Shown: piece by piece, positions 37,098-49,106 of the stretch
Position numbering within the stretch: position 1 is the stretch's first letter
How the letters are laid out: the number at the start of each line of letters is the position of its first letter
The notes under the pieces: model-generated
Databases searched by the model: none
Told to the model about the DNA's origin: nothing
What the model saw: the letters and a program-made list of their open reading frames with translations, nothing else
Program-made: the position numbers and the translations under genes
From: Leucoraja ocellata
Taxonomy: Eukaryota
Length of the DNA stretch: 64,000 bases
NCBI GenBank assembly: GCA_036785375.1
Contig: JAWMAR010000283.1
Coordinates: 620,001 to 684,000, forward strand
Direction of reading: 5' to 3'

Positions 37098-37969
37098 CAG
37101 TAGGCGGCGCGACTCTGGTCAGCAGCGGCCTCTGCAGCCCGTCCGCGTTTTTATTATTTTCTGTCTATGTTTCTATGTAGTTTTTCTTATTTTATGTTGG
37201 GGTGTGTGTGTGGGGGGGTGGGGGTGGGGTGGGAGGGAGGGTGCAACTTTTGAATCTCTCCCTGCACGGGAGACCCAACCTTTTCTTGCCGGGTCTCCGT
37301 TGTCGTTGGGGCTGCAACGAGGAGCGGCCTCCAACAGAAGAAGCCGGGGACTCTGGTGCCAACGACTCACCGTCACCGTCGTGGAGCTGGCCGAGTCCGG
37401 AGCGGGTGGAGCGGTGGTGGAGCGCTGCTGCTGCTGCTGCTGCTGCGGCCCGACCTCCGGAGATTGGGAGGCTGCTACTGCGGGTCTGCGGACGGCGGCA
37501 CCGGGAGCCCGCGGATCCCTGGAGGGAGACCGCCTTTCAGGGCTCCTGCAACGGCGACTTCTCCCGCCCGAGTTGCGGGGTCGAAGAGCTCCTGTAGCGG
37601 GGCCTAACATCACCGCCCTGCGCGGCTTGGAATGGCCGCGGGACTCTGCGAGCGCACGCCGGGGCTCCAACACCAAGACCCGGTATGCGACCTTGCACCA
37701 CCCGGCGTGGCTTTAATGGCCACGGGACAATCGCCATCGCCAGCCGGGGCTTGACTTTGACTCTGACATCGGGGGGGGGAGAGTGCAGTGGAGAGATAAG
37801 TTTTTTTTGGCCTTCCATCACAGCAATGTGATGGATGTTTATGTAAAATGTAAATTATGTTGTGTCTGGGGTCTATTTGTCTGTAATGTATGGCTGCAGA
37901 AACGGCATTTCGTTTGGACTTCAAGGGGTCCAAATGACAATTATATTGACTATTGACTATTGACTATTG
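37098..37969 (+). mobile_element. Young GC-rich non-autonomous retroelement with a Rex1/Babar-type tail
   Basis: Abrupt GC/CpG-rich block; 3' stem-loop CATTTCGTTTGGAC..GTCCAAATGACAAT then (TATTGAC)3; internal (CTG)7; no RT motifs in its ORFs. Confidence 0.7.
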
Positions 37970-38399
37970 CATGTTAGATTGTCATCAAGATTTAAAGATA
38001 ACTGGTGCCACATAAATGTATCTAGAAATTGAAGTCAGCATAAATTACTTCTCGCTGTAATTGTTACTGGATACCAATACCATTGCCCAGAGACCAGGTC
38101 ACCTAGTTCTTGTGTTTTAACCTCTAAGCAATTAAACTCCAATGTTTTTGTGACTTATAAGATGTGACTGCACCTGGCAATGAGCAGTGTGATACACGCA
38201 TTTAAACAGCAACGCATTTGTGTTGCTGAGAGGTGCTGAGGTAGTGAGGAGTCTAAGAGGTTAGAGGTCTTCCAAACATCTTTTCGATTCGGGGGAGGTC
38301 CCTGAGGTTTGAAAGATTGCAAATCCCACATCTTGCTGAAAAAGAGAGCAGCTATAAATCAAATTACTATAAACCAATCAGTTTAAACTTAATGATGGA

Positions 38400-39330
38400 G
38401 CAAGTTCAAGAAACCATGATCTTGGACAAAATTAGCAGTGACATTCAAATACAGATTAATTTAAGAAAACCAGCATGGATTTGTTGAAATAATGTGGAGG
38501 GTTGATGAGGGAGATGCAGTTAATATATAGACTTTCAAAGGGCGGTTGATTAGGTATTGTGTGTTAGATTGTCATCAAGATTTAACTTCTTGGAGTAAAA
38601 GGGATTTAGCAGCATGGACAAAAATTTGGTGAAGTAACTGAAAACAGAGTAGAAGTGAAACATTTTTTTCAGTTTGAAGTGAATGCCGGTGTCTGATCAG
38701 TTAGTACTTGAGCCATTTATTTTATTAATGCATAGAAATAATTTGGACAAGTGTATAGATGGACAGACTGGTGGTTTTGACAGATAGATGGCAGGTGAAA
38801 TTTTACACTGAGAATTGCAAGGCGTTATATTTTGGCAGAGACAATGAAAAGAGGTAATTTATACTGGAAGGCACCATTCTAAATGAATTACAGGAGCAGA
38901 GAGATCATAAAATGTGCAACTATGGTTCACTGAAAGTAGTGGAGTCAGTGGAGAAAATCGTATAAAAAGCTATGGAAACTGGGGCAATGAGTACGTGAGC
39001 AAGGAAGTCATGACAAACTTCTGTAAGACTTTGGTTTGGTTTGGCCAGAATTGAAGTAATGTATCTAGTTCTGGGAATTATACTTTTGGAAAGATGTAAA
39101 TATTCTCGGAGAGGGTGCTAAAGACTTTTATGAAAATTATTCTGGGGATAAGGGATATTTGTTAAGTGAATAGACCAGGAGAGGCTGTTGTTATTCTCCA
39201 GGGAACAGAGGAGATTGTGAGGGAAGTTGACTGGGATCTTTCAAATTAGAAAGGTTAGAGAGAAAGTTAATAAAAATATAGTTTCCATTGGGGGAGGTCT
39301 CAAGAACCAAGTTGCATAAAATGAAGGTGC
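38400..39330 (+). mobile_element. Old CR1 ORF2 remnant
   Basis: CAGCATGGATTTGTT (QHGFV), GACTTTCAAAGGGCG, TGGCAGGTGAAATTT, TTCTGGGAATTATACTTTTGGAAAGATGT. Confidence 0.75.
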
Positions 39331-40274
39331 ATGGTGGGTGTAACTTGTGTGGCCTTCTGGATTACGCCTTTTCAGGAGGGGATGTGCTTTGTATCAAGCA
39401 AAATTTGAATGTTTGCAAGAACATAATGTTTTTGCCAGTGAATTGTTTTCCATGCAGGATCTAAGTGCATATCAGCTGCTTGGTGTTGACAGGTTTGTGT
39501 TTCAGTTAGAGACAGGAAAATGATTCAAAAATGGATGAAAATTATACCAGAAACAAAGAACAAAGCAGGAAATGAACATCACTTAGGCTGAGTCTTAAAA
39601 AAATGTTACGGGACGTTTCAAATGAAAAATAATACACTAAGTGCGCCTTAGTGTAGGCAGGACAGAGATTCTCATAGAATTGCTTCCAGGCATCATAATT
39701 GGCAGTACATGGTGGAAGATGTCAATCTGGCCTGAGTGTCCAGGTGTCTCATTCATCCTGTCCTATGTTTGTGTGTTCTCGGAGAGACCTAGTTGCATTC
39801 ATAGGTCCAGGTGCCAGATGGGCTGGAGTCGATCTTTCATACCCCAAAACCTTAGCTTTAGGTTGAGAAATGTAATATTTTTCTCATCATTTATATTTTA
39901 TTATCTGCATCCCTTTTATAAATGATGCACCTTTGTTAAAAACTTTACACCAATATGAGATAAGCAAGTTCTGGAAAGGCAAGTACTTTTGCTGGCCATT
40001 CCCAATGTGAAGCAGCAACAGATTCTTACGGTATAGAGATAACAGGCAGGTAAACCATTGAAATGAAATCAGCAGCTATCCCTTGGGGAATTAAATAACA
40101 ATTCCTGCAGGTAGAGTGAAAGTGAACACTATAACCCCAGATTAAAATATTGAACCACATTTTGAAACATTGAAAAGCGTACATATAAAATTAACGTTTT
40201 GTTGTGAAATGGTTTGCAAGGCAATGATCAAACATCTGATGCTATTGCAAACTCTTTTGTTTTGAATATATTTC

Positions 40275-40880
40275 AGGATCTGAACATTGACAGCAAGGCT
40301 AGAGCTTATTGCGTATCTCTATTTGCTTCGTGAAGGTGGTGGTGAGCCACGGACTTAAATTAGAGCAGTAATTCTGGAGAATGTACTCCTGGAGCTGTTG
40401 TGTTCCAGGTGTTAGATCCAGTGAATAAGCAGGAATGAGGATTTATTTCCAAATCACAATGGGGTGATCTGTAGGTAGTTTTCTCATGCACCTGCTGTTT
40501 TTGTCAGAGATCATGAGTTTGGGATATGCTGTTGGACGAGTCTGGGTGAATTACTTATATGCATTTTGTTAACTATACCCAATGCAGCCACCTGTACGGT
40601 GCAGCCAAACATGCACTGATAGTCCAAGGAATGAATTTAGGCTGGTAGATGTGTGCCAATGAAGTAGGCTAGTTTGCCCTGGATGGCATCACGTTTGTTG
40701 ATAGTTGCTGGAGCAGGACTCATACAGCTGATTAGAGAATTACCATTGCATTCTTGACCTGTGCCTTGTAGATGGTGGAGAGGTCTTAAAATGTCAATAG
40801 TCAATTGTTGCAAATTACCCTCTTCTAACCTGCTCCCACAGCTGTGGTATTAATGTGGCTAATCCGTGTGAGTTTCTTAT
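40275..40880 (-). mobile_element. Decayed CR1-clade LINE 3' region (second family)
   Basis: AAGGTGGTGGTGAGCC..GTTGCTGGAGCAGGACTCAT..TTGACCTGTGCCTTGTAGATGGTGG; similar to 61440-61600. Confidence 0.6.
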
Positions 40881-40959
40881 ATGGGCAGACATATACTTCA
40901 AACAGAAACTACAAGGCTGTGGCTGAACATTTATAAGTTTTTGTGAGAGTTTAAGACCT

Positions 40960-42420
40960 TAATTTTCCTGCATTGCTTTCAGAAGGCCAGAGGCTCTGCT
41001 GGTGCACTGGAGGCAACGGCGAATTTCATCACTGATTTCTGCTTCAGTACGAGGTGGATCCTGAGAATGGGAAGCATCCGTACTTCCAGGGTCTCATCAT
41101 AAACCTTTATGGTTGGATGGATGCTGTTACAGAGTGGGGGCACGTTGGCATGGAAAGTTAATTCTATGGAAGTGCACGGTCATTCTCTTATCTGCTAAGT
41201 AGATGATAACTTTAAACTTGGCTCCAAATATATGCATGCACAAGTGTCACCCACATATTACAGCTCAACGACTGAAGCTTGATTCTGGATTGGAGGCAGC
41301 ATGGATAGAACAGTCTCCCATTTGTTCTATACATTAGCTTTACTCCAAAGCAGACTTGTTAGAGGTGAGGAACAGCATTTCAGCAAAGATTGTGAAAAGT
41401 GTTGGAGCATTGATGTAGCCTTTCTTGACACCAGTCTGTCCTGAGATTGAACCGGTTGTGGACATGTTGCTTACGATCACTGCGTACAGGCCATCAGGTG
41501 GCGTCATGTGGGCGCCATCATGTGGGCGGCACAGTGGCACAGAGGTAGTGTTGCAGCAACAGAGACCCTGGTTCGATTCTGACTATGGGTGCTGTCTGAA
41601 CGGAGATTTTGTGTTCTCCCTGTGACCATGTGGGTTTTCAACGGGTGCTCCCGTATTCCTCCCACACCTCAAAGATGCAGAGATTTGTAGGTTAATTGAC
41701 ATTGGTAAAATTGTCTAGTGTGTAGGATAGTGTTAGTGTACGTGATCATTGGTCGGCAAGGAATGGTGGGTTGAAGGGCTTGTTTCGGTGCCGTATCTCT
41801 AAAAAAAAAGTAACCTATAAAATGAAATAGAATTTATTCTAATTTGAGTCTCTCTCAATAGATGGTGTCAAAAGCTCTTTTGAGGTTAAAAATGGCCAAG
41901 CATAGTGGCTGGTGATGTTCCTTCCATTGCTCCTGGAGTTAGCGTATGGTGAAGGCCATGTCTACTCTGGCTCGAGATGGACAAATCCACACGGTGGTGT
42001 GGGAAGGAATTTTGGCCACGGTTAGGAGATTATTGAAGATGATGGCACTGACCACCAATGTCTTATGTTTGAAAATCACCATGATACCATGTTTCTGAGG
42101 TTCTCTAGTGCATTGTCCATGGCTCTGATATGCAAGATGTGGTCGTGATGTTGCCACAAATTTCTCCGCACCAAGTTTAGAAACTCAGCAGGGCCACCAT
42201 CTGTTCCCAGACTTTGCTGATTTTCAATTGGCCTTTTCAACTTTGTGCTGTCAGAGGAGCAGGTGAGGCTGCATTTTGCTGTGTGCTGTATTATGGAGTC
42301 AAGGACAGGCATGTCCGGAATATGGCACAGAAAAAGGCAGCCACTCAGCGGATCAGAAATCTTTTGGCAGATTCAAAGGAGTTTAGAGGCAATGACAAGA
42401 AATAATGGAATAATGCAGTG
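40960..42420 (-). mobile_element. Decayed RTE-clade LINE RT fragment split by a SINE
   Basis: DMAFTIR*LQEQWKEHHQPLCLAIFNLKRAFDTI and TGVKKGYINAPTLFTIF match RTE RT motifs. Confidence 0.8.
41524..41809 (+). mobile_element. V-SINE (HE1-like)
   Basis: GGGCGGCACAGTGGCACAG..GGTTCGATTC..V-domain..tail. Confidence 0.88.
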
Positions 42421-42729
42421 ATTCTGTGCAAATGCCAAACCTGAGGGGAAAGGGAAAGCGTGTCAGCAGTGAATGGTGGCCATGCTTATGCCAAGAGATT
42501 AGGTTTATATGAGAAATGACCCAGACTTTCACAACCAGGGATCAGGGACACAATAATCTCAAAGAATAAAAATCACAATTGAATTCGTACAAAGTGAGCG
42601 AAATATTATGGATTGTTGAGTGTATTCCTCTGAGACTGATACTGTCTTGCCTGAAGCTTGCAAGTTCTCCTGTTTGTCTGAATACCCCAAGCTTTTATCA
42701 GGGTACTAATGTCAAATCCATACTTCAAA

Positions 42730-42973
42730 CCTGACTACCGGTGCGGTCTGTACAAAGTTTGTATGTTCTGTCTGGGACCGCGTGAGGTTTCTACGGGAGC
42801 TCCGTTTCCTCCCACACTTCAAAGACGTACATGTTTGTAAATTAATTGCCTTCAGTAAAAATTGTAAATTGCACATAGTGTGTAGAATAGTGCTCGTGTA
42901 CGAGGTGATTGCTGGTCGGTGCGTACCTGTTGGGCTGAATGGCCTGTTTCTGCGCTGTATCTCTAAAGTCTAA
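42730..42973 (+). mobile_element. 5'-truncated V-SINE
   Basis: V-domain and tail GGGCTGAATGGCCTGTTTCTGCGCTGTATCTCTAAAGTCTAA. Confidence 0.85.
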
Positions 42974-43080
42974 TGAAGAGTATCTGTGCTTAAAATGTCA
43001 TATTCATCACATTATTTGGAAGTGCTAATGTGGAAAGTGTGCGGTCAGCTCACATTTCTGTGTTGCCTTTAACAGTTTAA

Positions 43081-43514
43081 AGGGCACGTTCCACTTAGGT
43101 TATTTTTAGGCGACTGTCATAGTCATAGTAAGTCGCCGAAAAGCCGGCGACTGGATCCCCTTTTGACATAAAATTTGAAATTGAATCATTACTTTAACAA
43201 CACCAAAAAAAATGAAGTCAGCACCGGCGACAACCTACGTCACCCGGCGACAACCTACGTTAACCTGGCGACAACTACGACAGCACCTACATCAGGAGAA
43301 GTCAAGCTATGCTCATTGGCGTCAAACCCACTGTCACCGACTGTTTCAAAAAAAATTTCAACATGTTGAAAATCCAGCTCGACCAGAAAGACGCTAAGAC
43401 TCTTTGGGCGACTGAGGAGACTATTTACCACCATACAGGCGACACCCCGGCGACCATGTGGCGACAGCCTAGTTGCCTGTAGTCAACTAAAAAATAGCTT
43501 GTGGGACAGGCCCT
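43081..43514. mobile_element. Non-autonomous PIF/Harbinger-type MITE, 434 bp
   Basis: Ends AGGGCACGTTCCAC / GTGGGACAGGCCCT; TAA TSD at 43078-43080 and 43515-43517; internal GGCGACAACCTACGT repeats. Confidence 0.85.
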
Positions 43515-43818
43515 TAAATGATCCATTTTTAAGTATCAAAGAAAATTTCACGATGGTGACGGCAGAGTAAGTCTGATAATGCAGATACATGTTGCTGTAT
43601 AATGTTACATCAGACAAAGGGTTTAAATCAATTCTTAAAAGCAAGAGGAATGGGTCTTACAAATAAATCAGTGCATGTTTCACTCAATGTCACAGTTGGT
43701 GTAGATTCTTTGCTTTTGTATAACTAAAGTGATCATAACGAGGGATATATTTGATTATTGTTCTAAATACCATGCTGCATTCCTAACTGTCATAACTGGT
43801 CAAACTTAAAAGCTGGAT

Positions 43819-43943
43819 ACAAGGAACTGCAGATGCTAGTTTATTTTAAAAATGACACAAAGTGTTGGATTAACTCAGCAGGTCAGGCAGTATCTCTGGT
43901 GAACATGGATAGGTGATGTTTTGGGTCGGGTTCTTTCTTCAGA
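43819..43943 (-). mobile_element. Penelope-derived short insert
   Basis: GGAACTGCAGATGCT..TAACTCAGCAGGTCAGGCAG..GGTGATGTTTTGGGTCGGGTTCTTTCTTCAGA. Confidence 0.82.
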
Positions 43944-45990
43944 AGCTATTTTAAAGCTATTTACTCATTAGCAAATGTACCTTCATTATGAAGTATATAA
44001 TATTTGACCTTTATTATGTTTATCTACTGATATAGTTTAATTAATTATTAAAATATATTCTACAGTTTCATGAATTCTTCAGTTTTGTGTAAAACTTAAG
44101 TGCATGGTAAGTCTTTTCTATGATATGCAACTGAAAATAATTGTGCAATAGTTTTCAGGCCATTGGTGATTTTGTTAATCTCATGTAAGGAAGATATGGG
44201 CCAGAGGTGGTCAGCTATTATGCAGCTGGGTAAGGGGTCTAAACTCAACCATGATATGTACTGCTTAATGCTATCTGGAAATCTCTCATGAATTTACATG
44301 TGAGAACATCCAGTGAGGATAGGATTACATTTTGAGCTGTGAAGCCCTGCAGAGGCTATTATGCCACATGCATTCACTTATAAAGCATTTATTTATACCC
44401 ATGACGTGGATGCATTGGCAAAACCAGCATTTGTTGCCCATCTCATTGACTTCAATGGCACCGAATGTGAAGAGGTGAGTATGACTAAGCTGGGAATCTT
44501 ACATGCATTTAGCACCAAGGAACAAAGAAGAACTTTTCTTTTGTGGGGAATAAGTTGGATTTCTCATCATTCACACAAGGCATCTACTTCCAAAACTTAT
44601 CAGGATTCATCCTTTGATTCATTTCACCTAGATTCCCCTGCACCAGTTCCTCTTGGATAGCTACCTCCACATTGCACTCAGTAGTATTTATTTGTCCTGT
44701 TCCAGCTAGGTAACCTGGCCTTTTCAAGGCCGGGACCACAACACAGTTGACAGCAGGGTTCTATTAGTCCGCACTTGCTCTATTTTATTAATGATGGGTC
44801 CCGCTATTCAATGCTGAAGGACTTTCCCATGTACTTAGAATCAAAACTGTCAATTGTCTTTAATATTTTATCTTCTTCCATTCCAGCTACATGGTATGCC
44901 CATTTGATGTGTCTACTACACACTGTAGTTTAAAATGGGATTCTTTTGTCCCACTCGTGCACCATCTCGTTAGTGATGCAGCCCTGCTATTTGCCACTCA
45001 AGATCCTTCTCAAGTCCTTAGTATCAAAGCTGTCAATCTATAATATTCAGTTAGAGTCCAATTCCCTGTTCCACATTTCCCCACCAACAGTAGCACAGTC
45101 GTGGAAAAATCACAATGTGTTTCCGTCTGTAATACAGAATAAACAACCATTTGAAGACTACAATTTAAGGATATAGTGATAGCACCTCCCATCGTCGCAA
45201 ATGGACAAATAAAAAATCTAATTATAAAAAGCTAACTTTTCTCTTTAAGAATAGATTTTATTTCCTCGGTGCAATCTTGTTTCTAATTGTTACAGTGCAG
45301 CTTTTTTTAATTCACGTATTTTATTTGTGTTTTGCTCAATTTCTTTCAGTTTCATGTATAACATACAATTTCACACGCCAACAAATTTAGAGCTTGCCAA
45401 ACCTAAAGGGTTCAGAATGCTAGTGCACACTTTCAATAATTTTTCTTTTACTTGCCAACTCAATGCAAAAGGTCAGGGAAATCTACACTAAGCATTAAAC
45501 CCCAAACCACATACTGAGAGCTTTCCTCCCAGGTCAACATTACTAGTTTTTGCTGACTCTGTTGGTGAATGCAGGGTCTTTACATTTACTCTGTGCGTTA
45601 CAAGTTATTTTTCCATGTTGAATATCTAATTTTCTCAGAAACCTATGACTGAATTTGCCATTTATAGTGATTAAAATGAGTTGTTCAGTCAGAGAAATAG
45701 ATATTTTTATTAAAATTGCTTAGTTCTTGTGAGAAATACAATTTCAGTTATATTCATAGAATTTTACCAGGAGACTTCCACTTATGAAGACATCAACAAC
45801 TGCTTTTGTCAAGAAGAAAGAATAATTACTAGTATTCAAATGTGCTATGAGATTAAGTTTATTGGAGATTTTAAATTGAGGTTTTGGCAATTTGAATTAT
45901 ATTCCGATCACTATGATTTCGGGTACACTTTTCGGATAAACCCTCTATCCCAATATATTGAGCTACGAATTAGCACATTTTGCAGAATCT

Positions 45991-46068
45991 AATTATTAGT
46001 TATAATAGATTAGAATAATTACAGTTAGAATAATTTATTAGTTATAATCTATTAGTTATAATAGATTA
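45991..46068. repeat. AT-rich local duplications
   Basis: TATTAGTTATAAT x3 and TTAGAATAATT x2. Confidence 0.7.
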
Positions 46069-46530
46069 AAGGTCAAAACTTTTCTTGTTGGGCTGCAGGT
46101 CTTTCATCAAAAAATGATCAAGTTTTGAGTTGTATTTCTGCTCATTTTGTTTTCATATGAAGGAATTTGATGCCATTTTTCTACAGTGTTCTCCAGCCAA
46201 GAGGCATTGCACCTGTTAATGCTTATAGTGTATGTATCATTACCTAATGTGTTCACATTTGTCCAAAGTCATGTGTCTTATGACCTTTCCTCTGTGTGGC
46301 AAAATCTTGACCTTCCAAAGAGGAACCCAAGAACAAGAACTTGCCGATCGTGCATCTTCAGTATGCTGACAAAACAGCTACATAGAAAGGGAAAAAGGGA
46401 AAAAGAAAACTCTAGCTGTTAGCTAGAGTTCAAAGGTAGAATAGTGACAGATTATAAAGCACAAATAAGGATGGTAGATGGACAAATGAAATGCTAAGAT
46501 TTCTCAAGACTCTCTGGATGTTAACCCTTT

Positions 46531-46629
46531 CAGTCTGAAGAAGGGTCTCGACCTGAAACATCTGCCATTCCTCCTCTACTGAGATGCTACCTGTCCCCCA
46601 GAGTTACTCCAGCATTTTGCGTCTATCTC
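46531..46629 (+). mobile_element. Penelope-derived short insert with decayed hammerhead motif
   Basis: CAGTCTGAAGAAGGGTCTCGACCTGAAACATCT..GAGTTACTCCAGCATTTTG. Confidence 0.85.
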
Positions 46630-46669
46630 TGTGAGTTAAACCCGAATACTGACAGATGTGAGAAACTTT

Positions 46670-47015
46670 CAATATGCAATTTTACCACATGCAATCTTAC
46701 TATATGCAATTTCTGTACCAACCACAGAAAACGTCACTTGCAGCGTGAGGAAGAGGGCAAGCAGATGCATTGTGACGTCATCAGCGAAAGACAGTTGTTT
46801 TTAAATTCAAAATTTTGTTAGATTATTGAACATTTACATTAATAACTCGAGAAATAAAGCATGACATTTTCAGATAAGGTGATTTCGGACTCCAGGGGAA
46901 AAATGTCTACTGGAATATGTCAAAGTTTTACCGTTACCGCGTCATTTTTTCGTGAAGATGTGATTACACACAGACACACAAAAATAAATACACATCCAAG
47001 ATCAGTGTTTTGTAG
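46670..47015 (-). mobile_element. Probable partial non-autonomous Helitron (5' part)
   Basis: Ends CCAAGATCAGTGTTTTGTAGT, matching the subterminal motif at about 48190 and 49622; no CTAG end found. Confidence 0.45.
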
Positions 47016-47229
47016 TCCCACTAGACTAAGTGGGACTCGTTGAGTCCCATGTTCACACGGGAGGGCTGGTCCCCCAACGCAATATTCCACCTCTCTACCA
47101 ATTCCTATATATTTGTGGCCAGTAGGAGGGGGGGGGGGGGGCTTTCTGGAGTGCTAGTATGGGTGTTGTCAGCCGAAGGGGCTGGTTTCCAGAGGGCTAG
47201 TATGGACATTGTAGGCCAAATGGATTCTT

Positions 47230-47340
47230 GGGCTGGCAGCTCAGTCACTCAGGCCTGGTGGGCTAGCAGCTCAGTCACTCTGACCTGGTGGGCTGGCAGC
47301 TCAGTCATTCAGGGCTGGTGGGCTGGCAGTTCACTCACAG
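47230..47340. repeat. Minisatellite, 30-bp unit x about 4
   Basis: TGGGCTGGCAGCTCAGTCACTCAGGCCTGG. Confidence 0.95.
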
Positions 47341-47356
47341 CTATTCCTTGAAATCC

Positions 47357-47621
47357 CATTTCAAGCAGAGTACAGGCCACCAATTCCAAATGCAATTTCA
47401 TACCATTTCAAGCAGAGTGCAGGCTACCAAATCCAAATGCAATTTCAAGCAGAGTGCAGGCCACCAAATCCAAATGCAATTTCATACCATTTTAAGCCGA
47501 GTGCAGGCCACCAAATCCAAATGCATTTTCATACCATTTCAAGCAGAGTGCAGGCCACCAAACCAAAATCAATTTCATACCATTTCAAGCAGAGTGGAGG
47601 TCAAAATGCAATTTCATACCA
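47357..47621. repeat. Minisatellite, about 47-bp unit x about 6
   Basis: CATTTCAAGCAGAGTGCAGGCCACCAAATCCAAATGCAATTTCATAC. Confidence 0.95.
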
Positions 47622-48290
47622 TCTGGGCTTCATACTCCTGGCCCTCCCAGAAGGGGTGTTATCTTTATTATGGCGATTGACAGGCGAGAGGACCAATCAG
47701 CTGATCTCAAGATTTTTTAAACATTCATAACTTTTTTAATTTTCATCGATCAATAAAATCCTCGGGTCTGCTGCAGCAGAGGAGAACTGCGAGTAAGATG
47801 ACCAAAATTCATAGTGATATATATGGTAGCATATTTTCTTTAGTGATATATAGCATTTAGCAGTTTAGCATTTCCAAACCAAAGGCAACACAGCTTTAAC
47901 ATTTCCAAACTATGTTTCAATCCACATTAAGGGCACTGACAGGTCAGTAAAACCACTCACAGTTTAGTAGACATGTGTTCAGTGTTATTCACAGCTCAGA
48001 CTGAGAGACGTAACCCTCTCGATCCCCCATTTTGCAGAGGCTGACTGAGGCATAACACTTGCAGGTTTTATAGTCCCTCCGGAAAGGGCATGGCTTTCAG
48101 GAGAGAGAATCTCAACATTTTTTAAACACTAATAACTTTTATTTTCTGAGTAAGATGGCCAAATCAATATACATAACAACAGGAAGTGGCCAAGATCAGA
48201 CTTCTAGTTATATATATATAACACACACTAGACTAAGTGGGACCCGCTGTGTCCCAGCTTCACATGGGAGGGCTGGTCCGCCAATTCCAC

Positions 48291-48448
48291 NNNNNNNNNN
48301 NNNNNNNNNNNNNNNNNNNNNNNNNNNNNNNNNNNNNNNNNNNNNNNNNNNNNNNNNNNNNNNNNNNNNNNNNNNNNNNNNNNNNNNNNNNNNNNNNNNN
48401 NNNNNNNNNNNNNNNNNNNNNNNNNNNNNNNNNNNNNNNNNNNNNNNN
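48291..48448. other. Assembly gap
   Basis: Run of N. Confidence 1.
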
Positions 48449-48547
48449 GTACACTGACAATGACAATTATAGTTGAATCTGACACACACACACACGCACA
48501 CACACACACTGCATTTTGTTGTCTCTGTACTGTACACTGACAATTAC

Positions 48548-48836
48548 NNNNNNNNNNNNNNNNNNNNNNNNNNNNNNNNNNNNNNNNNNNNNNNNNNNNN
48601 NNNNNNNNNNNNNNNNNNNNNNNNNNNNNNNNNNNNNNNNNNNNNNNNNNNNNNNNNNNNNNNNNNNNNNNNNNNNNNNNNNNNNNNNNNNNNNNNNNNN
48701 NNNNNNNNNNNNNNNNNNNNNNNNNNNNNNNNNNNNNNNNNNNNNNNNNNNNNNNNNNNNNNNNNNNNNNNNNNNNNNNNNNNNNNNNNNNNNNNNNNNN
48801 NNNNNNNNNNNNNNNNNNNNNNNNNNNNNNNNNNNN
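48548..48836. other. Assembly gap
   Basis: Run of N. Confidence 1.
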
Positions 48837-48839
48837 ACT

Positions 48840-48945
48840 TCCGCAATCAGCGTGACCTCTGCACTTACCGGAAATTACGCAATCAGCATGACATCTGCAC
48901 TCTTTGGAAATGACGCAATCAGCGCAACCTGTCCACTAAGCGGAA
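48840..48945. repeat. Minisatellite, about 36-bp unit x3
   Basis: CGCAATCAGCGTGACCTCTGCACTTACCGGAAATTA. Confidence 0.85.
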
Positions 48946-48973
48946 GTCACGAAATGGGCGGGACTTTTGGACT

Positions 48974-49106
48974 AAACACAGTCGGACCTAATAAAGCATT
49001 TATTCCTTCCAAACACAGTTGGACCTAATAAAGCATTTATTCCTTCCAAGCCCAGACAGACATAATAAATCATTTATTCCTTCCGAACACAGTCGGACCT
49101 AATAAA
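48974..49106. repeat. Minisatellite, 37-bp unit x about 3.5
   Basis: AACACAGTCGGACCTAATAAAGCATTTATTCCTTCCA. Confidence 0.92.

Larger units (their letters stand above)
47021..48220 (-). mobile_element. Non-autonomous Helitron A
   Basis: Minus-strand 3' end: hairpin TGGGACTC-AAC-GAGTCCCA (47031-47049), then CTAG|T; 5' end in a TATATA run (terminal TC not preserved). Confidence 0.8.

Noticed and set aside
37173-37933. Overlapping 83-170 aa ORFs with poly-Q/C/A/L runs
   Set aside because: Arise from a GC-rich repeat and a (CTG)7 tract; open on both strands; no domain motifs.
47230-49106. Regular 30-47 bp repeats resembling a CRISPR array
   Set aside because: Units are contiguous with no unique spacers, no cas genes, vertebrate context; they are minisatellites.
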